Below are positions 25,180 through 38,666 of a stretch of 64,000 bases of DNA, piece by piece. Source of the DNA: Octopus sinensis (Eukaryota). Location of the stretch: the NCBI RefSeq assembly GCF_006345805.1, contig NC_043007.1:5394001-5458000 (forward strand), given 5' to 3'. The stretch's first letter is position 1. Each line of letters opens with the position of its first letter. The position numbers were made by a program, and so were the translations under genes. A model generated the notes under the pieces. It was not told the DNA's origin. It searched no databases and saw nothing but the letters and a program-made list of their open reading frames with translations.

Positions 25180-25400
25180 ATTTAAATGATAAACTTCTGG
25201 AAAGTTTTACAGATTTTTTACAGTTCCACTGATGGATATGATCTGTAGTCTTTGAATCAGCTTTCTCCTTTCTGGTTTTGAGAAGCTTAATTTCTCAAGA
25301 TTGGTATTTAGGCAGTGTTACATATCCCAGGACCCCAATAATTACAGGTATAAACTTGTAATTTGGATAGAGTAACTGTAGATTTTTCACTGTGACTACT
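25180..25400 (-). mobile_element. RLE-clade (R4/NeSL-like) LINE 3' end
   Basis: KNLQLLYPNYKFIPVIIGVLGYVT, a PIIIGALG-type motif of restriction-like endonucleases. Confidence 0.6.
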
Positions 25401-26216
25401 TGATAAATTCTTAGAAAGATTTTATCCTATTTTGAAATTATATATATATAGATATGTATGTATGCATATGACTATAAGCGTATATGTATATATATATATA
25501 TATACATACACATATTTGTTTAATGTGTTGGTTAAATAACCAATCAGTTGTTTGTTGGTCAAAATTCTTTTGTTGGTGACCACAGCCGTTTCAGTGACTC
25601 AGTGCCTTTTCTTCTTGCTCCAAGGTCTGCTCTCACAAAGCAAACCTTTTTAAAAGCTTTTAATATCAGGAATTTTAAGCCATCTCCCTATCCAAGAATC
25701 CTTTTGATATTTTCTAACTCTTAGCTCAGCAAATTATTTAAGGAATGAAATTTATTACATTTGAAGTTCAGTGAATCATGAAGAGTTCATGTTGTGAGGA
25801 ATATCGTAATGAGTGTGTTCCTGGCAACAAACTTCACATACAACACATACATACATACATACATACATACATACATGCAAACATACATACATACATACAT
25901 GCAAACACATATCCATCCATACATACATGTTAAATAACAAAAGATGGCAGCACAGCTGAGGCATTCTTATAAAAATTTGGTTGCTGAAATTCCACAGACT
26001 GAATGGTATCATCTACGAAGGTAATTATGTTGGTTCAAGTCCACCTTGAGATTTGCAATGCGATTCTGGTAAGCTTCAGTTGACAAAAGATTTAGATTAA
26101 ATCAGGCTCATCTATCATTCAAAACAAATCAATCTTTAATCACAAAGAGTTGACTAGAAACAAGAGGAGAAGACAGACATTCTAAGCACATGCTGCCCAG
26201 TGAGCCAGATGTAACC

Positions 26217-26249
<33 letters not shown>

Positions 26250-26277
26250 GCACACATTCATGTATCTACCTACCTTT

Positions 26278-26309
<32 letters not shown>

Positions 26310-26496
26310 TATTATTATTATTATTATTGATTTGACTCAGGTCCTGTTTTCAATGTCTTAGGTTGCTCACGAAGGGGCTGAATGTATGCCACCACATCAC
26401 ACACATTGAGTGACTGATATTACTGCATAGTTATATACAATATGTATGTCTTTAAATTCGTCCCATGACTTTATGCCAGTCCGGGTGGATATATAT

Positions 26497-26911
26497 ACTC
26501 TTTACTCTTTTACTCTTTTACTTGTTTCAGTCATTTGACTGCGGCCATGCTGGAGCACCGCCTTTAGTTGAGGAAATCGACCCCGGGACTTATTCTTTGT
26601 AAGCCCAGTACTTATTCTATCGGTCTCTTTTGCCGAACCGCTAAGTGACGGGGACGTAAACACACCAGCATCGGTTGTCAAGCAATGCTAGGGAGACAAA
26701 CACAGACACAAAAACACACACACACATACATATATATATATACATATATACGACAGGCTTCTTTCAGTTTCCGTCTACCAAATCCACTCACAAGGCATTG
26801 GTCGGCCCAAGGCTATAGTAGAAAACATTTGCCAAGGTGCACGCAGTGGGACTGAACCTGGAACCATGTGGTTGGTTAGCAAGCTACTTACCACACAGCC
26901 ACTGCTGCGCC
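26497..26911 (-). mobile_element. CORE/MIR-like tRNA SINE (family 3)
   Basis: Reverse complement reads gtggctgtgtggtaagtagcttgc...ggttcagtcccactgcg...accttggcaa. Other copies at about 37270-37745 (+) and 48365-48730 (-). Confidence 0.85.
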
Positions 26912-26974
26912 TATATATATATATTATATATAATATATATATTATATAGATATATATATCTATATATATATATA

Positions 26975-27170
26975 GGTATATCCCGGGTTGAGTCGGGGTT
27001 AACCACAGTAAATAAGGTACTCAATACATAGCAGAGTAAATTAATTTATTATATAGAAGGAGCTTCTACAGGACTAGAAACTGTTTCATTCAAAAGAAAT
27101 CATCAGGAAGCTTCCTGATGATTTCTTTTGAATGAAACAGTTCTAGTCCTGTAGAAGCTCCTTCTATATA

Positions 27171-27176
<6 letters not shown>
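26975..27176. mobile_element. (TA)n-embedded Penelope-like mini-element ending in a 133-bp palindrome
   Basis: Palindrome spans 27044-27176, centred on AAG|CTT with one indel. The 5' part resembles 58705-58776. Confidence 0.75.
27109..27159 (+). ncRNA. Type I hammerhead ribozyme motif (mirror copy on the minus strand, about 27061-27112)
   Basis: agcttc-CTGATGA-tttcttttgaat-GAAA-cag-ttctagtc-ctg-TA|gaagct. Stem I agcttc/gaagct, stem III ACAG/CTGT, stem II ttc/gaa closed by a T-T mismatch. Confidence 0.7.
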
Positions 27177-27212
<36 letters not shown>

Positions 27213-27353
27213 TTATATATATATATATATGCATATTATACATATATATATATATATATCAGGGTGCATACAGTGATCTTGGTGCATTTAATAGTTTAGT
27301 TAATATATATTAACACACTCTCTCAAGCACACATGCTCATGCAAATGTGCACG

Positions 27354-27403
<50 letters not shown>

Positions 27404-27797
27404 CATTCAAATATAAATATGCATACATATACATATGCACAGCCAGGTTTAAAAAAACACACATACACACACACATACATTCATGCATGTTTACATCCAT
27501 CCCTCCCTCCATCCCTCCATCCATCCATCCATCCATCCATCCATGCATACATCCATTCGCTAATAGAAGAGTCTGTATGCAGCCACATTGACCCCCAACT
27601 AGAAACAACAGCAAAATCTCCTTCCACTCACATCAAACTGTCTTAAAAAGAGAAGGATACATTGTATAATGTTGTCCTTGATATACTTGAATAAAAGAGG
27701 GGATGGTCATGGTTGGTATGCATTTGATCACAGGTCTGAGCAGGAATAAAAAGAAAATGCATACTATATTATATTATATAATATATATGATGTACCC

Positions 27798-27882
<85 letters not shown>

Positions 27883-27897
27883 TATATATTATATATA

Positions 27898-27945
<48 letters not shown>

Positions 27946-28359
27946 ATGTATATATATATATATATATATATGAATATGATGTGGAATGATTCACTGGCAA
28001 ATTGCAGTGGGATGGAACTTGTGTTGTGAGACTCTCTGTTTCTCTTTTAATAAAAGACTACCCATGCACACACATGTATGTGTGTGTATGGTGTACATAC
28101 ATTCACATCTTCCCAGAAGCATAAGTTATAAGTGTAAATCTCCCAGGAGAAACATGAAAGAATTTTGCAGAAGATTCGGCAGAAGGCCAGTAATTTCAGG
28201 GGAGGAGGTCAATCCCTTACATCGACCCCCACCCCAACACTTATTTCATTGATCCTGAAAGGGATGAAAGGCAAAGTCAACCTCGGCAGAATTTGAACGT
28301 AAAGGTGTCTGAAATGCCAATGAAAATTTTGTCGGGCGTGCAAACGATTCTCTTACCTC

Positions 28360-28570
28360 ACCTGGGAATAGTGAGTAAAAATCTTGAGAAGAATGTGGAA
28401 CAAATAGGGGCTGCAATAAGGGTGGAGCACTTACAGAAAACAGCACTGCTAGGAACTGCTCGAATACTCCGGAAGGTGCTCGAAAAATAAGGGTGTTACC
28501 TTAGTTTACTGGTAGTGAACAGCTGACACCGTAGTAGATCTCCAGCGTTAGAAGCTGTGCAAAGGCAATA
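28360..28570 (+). mobile_element. R4/Dong LINE 3' end with (TAA)n tail
   Basis: LGIVSKNLEKNVEQIGAAIRVEHLQKTALLGTARILRKVLEK*. Confidence 0.88.
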
Positions 28571-28574
28571 ACAA

Positions 28575-28619
<45 letters not shown>

Positions 28620-28981
28620 TAATACTGATAATGATGGTCACTTCTGTTGATTTTGACATATGAGTGTTTGAATGAAAGGATTTAAGGGAAAGAAAAAACA
28701 AAGGGGAAAAGAGAAAATAATTTTAAAGGATAAAAGAATAAAAAAAAGCTGCATCTTCTTTGTGATGGATGTGCAAATATAATTTGAATGGGTTTTGCTC
28801 TGAAGTCAGAATGGATGGTGGTTGTTTTATTGACTGCAGGAGGAGGACGAAAGACGAAGTTGACCTGGGGTGCAATTTTGGATGCAGAATAGGAAACTGG
28901 AAGAGAACATCCGCTTGCTAATAAAACACACACATACTAGCAATTCTGCAGGTTACTGCCTAAATACTACTGCTGCTGCTG

Positions 28982-29012
<31 letters not shown>

Positions 29013-29038
29013 AACAACAACAACAACAAGAACAACAG

Positions 29039-29072
<34 letters not shown>

Positions 29073-29839
29073 AGCTACAACAACAACAACAACAACAACT
29101 ACTACTACTACTACAACAACTACTACTACTACTACTACTACTACTATTTTGAATAACAACAACAACGACAACAACGATGATAATGATAATAATCCTGTCC
29201 ACTATAGGCACCTTGCCTGAAATATTTGGGGGAGTGGGGTAAGTGAATGATATCGATCCAAGGGCTCCACTGTTTTATTGACCCCCAAAAGGATGAAAGG
29301 TAAAGCTGACCTTGGCAGAACTTGAACTCAGAGTGTAGTGATGGATGAAATGACACTAAGCGTTTCCCCCAGCAGGCTGACCATTCTGCCAGCTCGATGC
29401 CTTAGAACATTGCTAGGCATTTCGGCCCCTTCTGCAAACAATTCTACCAGCTCAACATCAGTGGCTTCGGGTTCAGAACCATGTCCAGTCCTTTTGTGGT
29501 GGTGAGGTCAGTTGATTGCTCTATTCCCAATGCTTGACCACATAATAACAAAAGGTAACTTTAATTGCAGCAGGATTTCAATACAGAATATAAAATGCAG
29601 GAACAACCATTTCTGTTATTGAAACAACCAAATTGGCAAAATTATTGAGGCTTTCGGACAAGATGTTTTGCATTATTTATTATGGTTTTATTCTTTCTGA
29701 ATTTAAATCCTTTTGACATCCTTCAGGAGTCAATAAAATAAAGTCTGGTTCTGGGGTCAAGGATGCTGACTAACCCTACCCCAAAAATAATGGCCTTATG
29801 TCAAAATCTGGAATAATAATTATCATCATCATTATTATT

Positions 29840-30618
29840 ATTGCTTTTGCACAGCTTCTAACGCTGGAGATCTACTACAGAGTCAGCTGTTCACTACTAG
29901 TGAACTAAGGTAACACCTCTTATTTTTCGAGCACCTTTCGGAGTATTTGAGCGGTTCCAAGCAGTGTTGTTTTCTGCAAGTGCTCCACCCTTATTGCAGC
30001 CCCTATTTGTTCCATGTACTTCTCGAGATTTTTGCTCACTGTTCCCAGGGCTCCGACAGTTATTGATTCTACTACCATCTTTTTCATCGACCATAACTGC
30101 TCAACCTCCCAAGCTAACCTGTCATATTTATTGACTTTTCTTTCTTCCTTATCACATACTTTGTTGTCAACTGGGCATGCTATATCTATGATCCAGCAAA
30201 GTTTGTTTTCTTTCTCAATTAAGACTATGTCTGACTTCCTATTCTCCATCTCATGGTCACACTGAATGATAAAATCCCACAGGATCTTTACATTATCATT
30301 TTCGATAATGCCTTCAGGTTTGTGGTCATACCAATTTTTTGCTCTGTCAAGTCCATACTTGTTGCAAAGTATCCAATGGACAAGCCTGGCTACATTATCG
30401 TGGTGTCTCTTATATTCCTTCTGGGCTAGTGGCGTACATTTACTGGTAATATGTCACATGGTTTCACCATTTTGTCCACAGATTCTGCGCTTTTCACTTT
30501 CTGATGTGTTGTCTATTCTGCATTTTATGTAGTTTGTTCTTAGTGCTTGCTCTTGGGCAGCACAGATTAGAGCCTCTGTTTCTGGTTTTAAATCACTTTT
30601 AGTCATCCACAGCCATCT
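29840..30618 (-). mobile_element. R4/Dong LINE 3' fragment (CCHC knuckle plus restriction-like endonuclease)
   Basis: WLWMTKSDLKPETEALICAAQEQAL, RICGQ..ET..HI...C, RHDNVA-like motif, ILWDF.IQCD, RKSDIVLI, IDIACP, KY..L, VGALG. Confidence 0.92.
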
Positions 30619-31040
30619 TTATCATCATCATCATCGTCATCATCATCATCAAGACAGTAAGCTGGCAGAATCATTAGTGTGCCTTTCATCCTTTCAGAAT
30701 TGATAAAATGGGGACCAGTTGCATACTGAGGTTGATTTAATTAACTTAACCCCTGTCTCATTAAGTTTGTTGGTTTTGTGCCAAAATTTGAATTGGTGGA
30801 ACTGTTAGCAGACTGGACAAAATGTTTTGTGCTGTTTCACCTGTCTTTATGCTCTGAATTCAAATTCTGCCGAGGTTGTCTTTGCCTTTTGTCCTTTCAA
30901 GAACTATGAAATAAGTACCAGTTAAATACTGGGGTGAATGTAATCAGCTAACCCCTACCCCCAACATTTCAGCTCTTCTGCTTACAGCCCAAAGGATTAT
31001 TATCATTATCATTATTATTGTTATTATTATTATTATTATT

Positions 31041-31075
<35 letters not shown>

Positions 31076-31087
31076 TATCATCATCAC

Positions 31088-31135
<48 letters not shown>

Positions 31136-31239
31136 ATCATCATCATCATCATTATTATATTATTATTATTATTATTATTATTATTATCATCATCATCATT
31201 ATCATTATCATCATCACCATCATCATCATCATCATCATC

Positions 31240-31270
<31 letters not shown>

Positions 31271-31292
31271 TATTATTATTATTATTATTATT

Positions 31293-31354
<62 letters not shown>

Positions 31355-31385
31355 TATCATCATCATCATCATCATTATCATTATT

Positions 31386-31423
<38 letters not shown>

Positions 31424-31437
31424 TATTATTATCATCA

Positions 31438-31481
<44 letters not shown>

Positions 31482-31669
31482 TTATTATTATTCCCCTCAT
31501 TAAAACATTGGACAAACTGTTTTGTGGCATTTCTTCAGGCTCTTTACATTCTGAGTTCAAATCCCACCAAAATCAACTTTAGGAAACTGGTTGGGATCCA
31601 GTATTGAGTACATTGATTCCAAATACAAGGCATTCATGCATACCTTGAATAACAACAACAACGATAATA

Positions 31670-31738
<69 letters not shown>

Positions 31739-31765
31739 TTGATAATAATAATAATAATAATAATG

Positions 31766-31816
<51 letters not shown>

Positions 31817-31832
31817 TAATGATAATAATAAT

Positions 31833-32420
31833 GCACTGACTCACCACAGTGTAGGATGTGCTCTGAGAAGGGAGAAATATAAACCATTTTGTTAGTGAGT
31901 GCTGTAAGCTCATACTATGTGAATACAAAAGGAGACAGGACAATGTGTCCTGACATGTCCACTGGCTGTTGTGTGGTAAAGCAAACGTTGAAAGAGCTGG
32001 ACAATGGTATGAACACAAGCCAGAGGGAGTAATGGAAAACGAACATTACAAAATATTCTGGGATTTTAATATGAAGTGCGACCAAGACATTTGAGGTGAG
32101 GCAACCAGATATCGTGATCATTCATAATAATGATAAAGCAGCAAAGATAATGGATGTTGCAATATTAGGGGATTCGAGGGAGAAACGTAAGGAAACAGAA
32201 AAGAGTGAGAAATAGCAGCCACTGCGGGACGAGATGGGGAAGTTATGGGGCAGGAGGAAAGTCATGGTGATACTGGTGGTAATTGGAGCATAAGGAGCAG
32301 TTTCCAAGGGCCTTGAAAAACATATTAAGAATATTGGATCTGCTGTCAGGCTGAAGTGATCCAGAAGACAGCATTTTTGGGTACAGCTCGCATTCTAAGG
32401 AGAGTATTGTCTCTTTGAGT
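31833..32420 (+). mobile_element. R4/Dong LINE 3' fragment, second subfamily
   Basis: TDSPQCRMC, EYKRRQDNV, WYEHKPEGVMENEHYKIFWDF, QPDIVI, QKTAFLGTARILRRVL. Preceded by (TAA)n. Confidence 0.85.
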
Positions 32421-32499
32421 CACAGGAGAAGGCACTACTTGAAACCTTTGGTGATTTGTTATTGTCTGCTTTCAAGTAAAGAATAACCGGTAATTAAGA

Positions 32500-32715
32500 A
32501 CTATTCGAGAGTCTTTCAGAATAATAATGAGGGAAATGGGAATAAAGTGCCCAGTAGAACTGTTACAAAAGGCTTGCCTCCTTGGCACGGCCAGAATAAT
32601 CAGGAAAGTATTAGATAACTTAAAATAAAAACGGGTAGCATGGTACCGTGGGCTGCAGGTAGCAAGCCTAGTACGCATGCAAGACTCCAGGAACTCCAAC
32701 AAAATCAAAGAGAAA
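32500..32715 (+). mobile_element. R4/Dong LINE 3' end, third subfamily
   Basis: MGIKCPVELLQKACLLGTARIIRKVLD. Confidence 0.75.
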
Positions 32716-33207
32716 TAATAATTGTAATTACCATTTGTAGCAGTGGTATGTCTCTGTTTATATATCCAACTGTTATACAAAGCTATGTCTACAGTTATTG
32801 GCTGTCACCAAAAGAAATTTTCTTCTTTGAATTTAATGTTTGTCATAACGTATTGCTCATGTTTGTATTTGTGTGAAGCTGGTCATTCATTGAAAACAAA
32901 TATTGAGACCATTGTACCGGTAATTGTCTCTGCTCCATTATCACTGCTATTCATATGCATTGTTTATCTATTTTTTCTTTTGTTATCTATTTATTTACTA
33001 TCGTTATTGTTGTTGTCGTTGTTGTTGTCGTTATGTTTTATTCTCCTCCTCCTCCTTCTCATCAGCATCACAATCATCACCATTGCCATTATTCAGCATT
33101 TTCATCAACATCATCATCACTACCACCACCGTCGTCATCAAAATCATCACACCTTCTTCCTCCTCATCATCATCACCATCAGCCATCATCATCATCATCA
33201 CTATCAT

Positions 33208-33254
<47 letters not shown>

Positions 33255-33574
33255 GCTACTGCTACTGCTGCTGCTGCTGTCACCACTACCACCACCATCA
33301 TTATCATAATTTATCACCGCCATCATCATTATCATTCATACTGTCATTGCTTTTCTTCGCCTCCTTTTTCTTCTTCTTCTCCTTTTTCTTCTTCTATTCT
33401 TCTTCTTCTTCTTCTTCTCCTCCCCCTCCACGTTCTCGTTCTCCTTCTCGTTCTCCCCCTCCTCCTCCTCCTCCTTCTTCTTCTTCTTCTTCTTCTTCTT
33501 ATCTATCTTTTAATTCATTTTCTTCAACATTACCAAGCTTCTATTTACCTCAGGTGCAGGCAGCAGTGATGTGC

Positions 33575-33606
<32 letters not shown>

Positions 33607-33765
33607 GATGCTGCCATTGACTGTGTTTCATCTTTTCAATTTGATGCAAACAGCCTTAAGTAGTGTTCAGAGCAATACCAAAGTTTTTACAAATCTAAAT
33701 GGAAATCTATTCTAACTGAATAATTGTTTCTGCTTGCGTATTTTTTGATTTCAGATTTATCTTAA

Positions 33766-33819
<54 letters not shown>

Positions 33820-33841
33820 ATATATATACACATATATATAT

Positions 33842-33982
33842 AATCAAAATAAGCAACAAGTATATCCTTGTTGCTTATTTTGATTGTAATCACCCATGGA
33901 TTTATATGGATAGTACCATACAAAATTCTGGTGCCTTTTACTTAAGTACCAGATTCATCTGAATCTAAATTTTGCTGAACTT
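33842..33982 (-). mobile_element. (TA)n-embedded mini-element with a terminal 19-bp hairpin; same family as 1214-1354
   Basis: aatcaaaataagcaacaag-tatatc-cttgttgcttattttgatt. The other end is aattttgctgaactt. Confidence 0.65.
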
Positions 33983-33997
33983 ATATATATATATATA

Positions 33998-34125
33998 TTT
34001 CCGACGAAGAGCTCCGCTCGAAACGTCATACCCTCCTTCTTCCATTTTCCTGAGCGCCTAATAATAATAATATTGTAATTGTTCCACGTGTTGTTGTTTT
34101 TTCTGTTTTCCCGTTTGGATTAACC
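33998..34125 (+). mobile_element. Penelope-like pLTR fragment starting with a variant minimal hammerhead
   Basis: CCGACGA-A-GAGC-tcc-GCTC-GAAAC-GTC (34001-34027), flanked by (TA)n. Confidence 0.6.
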
Positions 34126-34504
34126 TATATATATATATATATATATATATACAACAGGCTCACACACAGACACTCTTGTGCTCTCTCTCTCTCTCTCTCT
34201 CTGTTACACACACCCACACACACACACTATTTCTTCTCTCCCCCCCTTTACTGAATCGATATCCTCTGCATCCAACTCAGTTCCTTTCTCTAATCATCTC
34301 ACACTATTTTCACTCACTGCACTTCTTATTCTGTCTTATATTCTCGTTCTACCCGAACCTCATCTCTCTCTCTCTTCCTCTCACTTTCCAGGAGGGCAAG
34401 CCATGTATTCACCTCTTCAACAAGACACTTACTCCTTTCCCTCCATTATAGTTTCTTATTCCTCCAGTCTACAACCCACTCAGATGAAGGAGGGGGTTTT
34501 GGCT

Positions 34505-34705
34505 CCTATCTTACTGACCTCACCAGTGTGGGTGTCATGTAAGAAGCACCCAGTACACTTTGTGAAGTGGTTGGCGCTAGGAAGGGCCTCCAGCTGTGGA
34601 AACCCTGACAGAGCAGATATAGAGCCTGGTGGAGCCCTCTGGCTTGTCTTTTCTTGCCAAACCATCCAACCCATGCCAGCATGGCAAAAGGGACGTTAAA
34701 TGATG
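34505..34705 (+). mobile_element. RTE-associated SINE/3' UTR copy
   Basis: catgtaagaagcacc...gtggttggcgctaggaagggc...ccaacccatgccagcatgg...gacgttaaatgatga. Confidence 0.7.
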
Positions 34706-34789
34706 AAAACGGTGATATGTATATATGTATGTGTGTTCATATATATTATATACATACACACACACACACACGATACATACATACATATA

Positions 34790-34827
<38 letters not shown>

Positions 34828-34885
34828 GTATGTATATATATATATATATATAGATAGATATATATATCTATATATATATATATAT

Positions 34886-34918
<33 letters not shown>

Positions 34919-34958
34919 GTTAATATATATATATGTATATATATGTATATAATATATA

Positions 34959-35020
<62 letters not shown>

Positions 35021-35049
35021 ATATATATAATATATATATATATATATAT

Positions 35050-35210
35050 GGAGGCGCAATGGCTCGGTAGTTAGGGCAGCAGACTCGCAGTCGTAGGATT
35101 CCCAGACCGGGCGTTGTGAGTGTTAATTGAGCGAAAACACCTAAAGCTCCACGAGGCTCCAGCAGGGGGTGGTGGCGATCCCTGCTGTACTCATTCGCCA
35201 CAACTTTCTC
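35050..35210 (+). mobile_element. tRNA SINE family 2, truncated
   Basis: ggaggcgcaatggc...cctaaagctccacgaggctcc...ctgctgtactc matches the 7708 copy. Confidence 0.85.
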
Positions 35211-36656
35211 CGTGGAAAATGGCGATTTTGACGTTTATATCTAGCATACAGGCTGTCCACTTTTAGTGGTCAGTCCTCTAAATTTTGTATATATATAAAT
35301 ACATATATGCACATATATGTGCACACACAAGCGTATATATGTATGTATTTATATATGTGTATAGTATATGAATGCATGTTTTATTTTTATATGAAGCAGA
35401 TTTGCAAATGTAAAATCCAATGAGTTATAGGAGAAAACTAAATCTGTTTTGTATAATTGATAGTATAATAACTCTAGTTTGGTTAACACACGAATGACTT
35501 TAATTAATCTCACTTAATTTCGAATTTAAAACTTGTACATATTTTAATCATACACAGACAGACACACACACACACATATGCACACCCACCCACACATGTG
35601 CATACGTATGCGCACATACACATATACATATAGATACCGATATGCACACACATATATGCACACGTACATATACACATGTAAACATACACAAACGTACACA
35701 TACGAAACATAATCACTACTGTTTCAAACAGAAGTTATCTACACGATATTCATTAGAAGATTTCATCCATATTTGTGTGATCATAAATAATTTTTAAAAA
35801 GGAGAAATTATTATTTTCTATTTTAATATAGTATGGTAGCATTTCCGCAGCAAGAAACCTGTTTGGCCCTGGTCACTTCTCTCACACTCTAACTTTTCAC
35901 CCCCTTTAACCTTTAACCTTTCATCTCCTACTGTAAAGTTGCCCCATTGGCTTTCATAGTCTTACAAGCTTCATGGCGACTTCCCTGGTGCTGTTGTGTG
36001 AAAAACTGTGCCCAGTACATGTTGTATAAAGATTGGCATGAAGAAAGACATCCAGCCGTAGAAGACATGTGTAAGCAGACAGTGCCACATGATACAGTCC
36101 ATTTGATCCTGTCAAGCTGTCCATACCAAGCCAGTATGGACCATGGACATCAAGTGATGATGACGATGATGACAACGTAATATTTCCAAACTGTTTTTAT
36201 ATTTTTATATATTTCATTTCATATATTTCGTTTAAGACCAGTAGTTTTCCATAATAGTCAAAGAGGATAGAAAACAAAAACAGAGAAATATTAAGAATAC
36301 ATATGGTGTCACAAGTAACTATGCAAGAAATATTTTAAATGATTGGTTCAGATAATTACTTCATGGTGGGTTTATTGTAGTTATTGACAGCTTGCATATT
36401 CTGCTTATAAGGACTACAAGAATTCATTCACAACGTTTTTCTTTTAATCTCAGCAAAAAGACCTCAATAGATGCAGCTTGCAGTACAAGTATAGACAAAG
36501 GCATAACTGATTGTTCAAGAAGTTTCCTTCATAACTATGGAGAATCAGGTTTTATTACACAGTGTGACATCAAGGGCAGACGTATTCGAAGGGCAGCCTT
36601 GCATTCACCAATGCCTTGTAAATGAAAGTTGGTTAATGGAAACAGTACGAAAGCCC

Positions 36657-36692
<36 letters not shown>

Positions 36693-37172
36693 GTGATAAA
36701 TAGATAAATATAGATATACATGCATACATAAACATACATACATATATGTGTATAGGTGTATATGTTTGTGTATATGTGTGTATATATGTATTCTGGTTAG
36801 AAATCATATACAAAAATTTAACCCTCCTTATTGAAATGAGATCTGAAGAACTGGATAGCACAAAAATAAATCAATGAATCAAATATATCATCTGTACAAC
36901 ACATACATTGAGGGCTTTTTAAAATTTATATTGAAAAATTACAATTATAACTATGTGTGTGTGTGTGTGTGTGTGTGTGTATAAATGTATGTGTTTAAAC
37001 AGACTGTATCATAAGTTAGTTACCATTACAATACTGTTTTGCTAGACTGGAGTAATGAATGCTGGTAAAACTGTGCAGTAATGGACAAGTAAACTGTTTA
37101 TTATATTTACATCCATTCTACAAGAGAACTGAAATATCTTTCTCTGTGTGTGTTATCAGCCATTGATAAACA

Positions 37173-37221
<49 letters not shown>

Positions 37222-37791
37222 ATATATACGCACATGCACACAACACATATATATAGGGAGAGAGAGAGGGGGAGTGGCATGGCTGTGTACAAGAGCTTTT
37301 GTGTCGTTAAGAAGTTTGCTTTTCAACCACATGGTTCCGGGTTCAGTCCCACTGCATGGCATCTTGGGCAAGTGTCTTCTATTATAGTTCTGGACTGACT
37401 AAAGCCTTGTGGGTAGATTTGTTGGATGGAAACTGAAAGAAGCCCATAATATATATGCATGTGTGTGTGTGTGTGTGCATGTAGATGTATGTATGTTTCT
37501 GCTTCTCCTTGTCTTGACATCATGTGGTAGTCGTAAATGATCGTCATTGTTACACAAGCGGTATCATTCATTTACAATACTCTGCAAGAAGGTGTCTGGT
37601 CATGAGGAAATACTATCTGGCCTGGAAACAAGTGAAGGTTGGCAACAGGGAGAGCATCAGAATGTAGAAAATATTCCTGAATAAACTCTATCTGACCCAT
37701 GCAAACATAGAAAAGTGGGTGTTAAAGTGATGATGATGATGATCATATGTATGTATATATAAATATATACGTGCTTGTATATGTCTACGTG

Positions 37792-37829
<38 letters not shown>

Positions 37830-37957
37830 CACATGCTGGGGAGTACCTGCATATCAAGTAATGTATGTACATGAATACATAGTAAATGATAGACTTGTAA
37901 TTTTTCAGATAAATTTAGAGTTGAGCAACAGGTGTTAACATTTTCCCCCATAAATAA

Positions 37958-38001
<44 letters not shown>

Positions 38002-38535
38002 CAATATTCGGGTTATTAATTGAAAGTAAAATAATTTCAAATGAAATGGGATTAATTCCATTTCAAAAAGTCATCATCAAATGACCAATTCCAAAAGAAA
38101 AAGAAGCAGTTTTAGAATTATAGAAGCATTAATACGAAAACAAAACAAATTTCAATTTTTTTTTTGTTTTTACACATCTAACATTCTTTTAAGGTTATGT
38201 ATTTTCAATGAAAAATAAATCTTACATTAGTTTGTGATATTCAAATGTTTTTAATGTTTTTTATATAATGCTATCTGCTAAAAATGGGGATAAAAAAAAG
38301 AAAAAAATATAGAAATTTTTTTCAATACAAGTCACATTTATGATTGTTATATTTTAGCATTTTACAATAATGTCCTGCTGATACAATGAAAATTGAAGAA
38401 ATTAGAATTAAATAACAATTAAAAAATTTTTTAAAATTAAATAGCATTTTGAAATATCATCGTGAAAATTACACACATTTGAACATAATGATTGTGATCA
38501 TGAAAAAAATAGAAAATTATATCTAAAATATTCCA

Positions 38536-38591
<56 letters not shown>

Positions 38592-38666
38592 ATATAGAAT
38601 ATATATATATTAGAATAATAAAAAAAGTTCTTGGTACAGTATAATATATTTGAAAAAATTAGTGCA

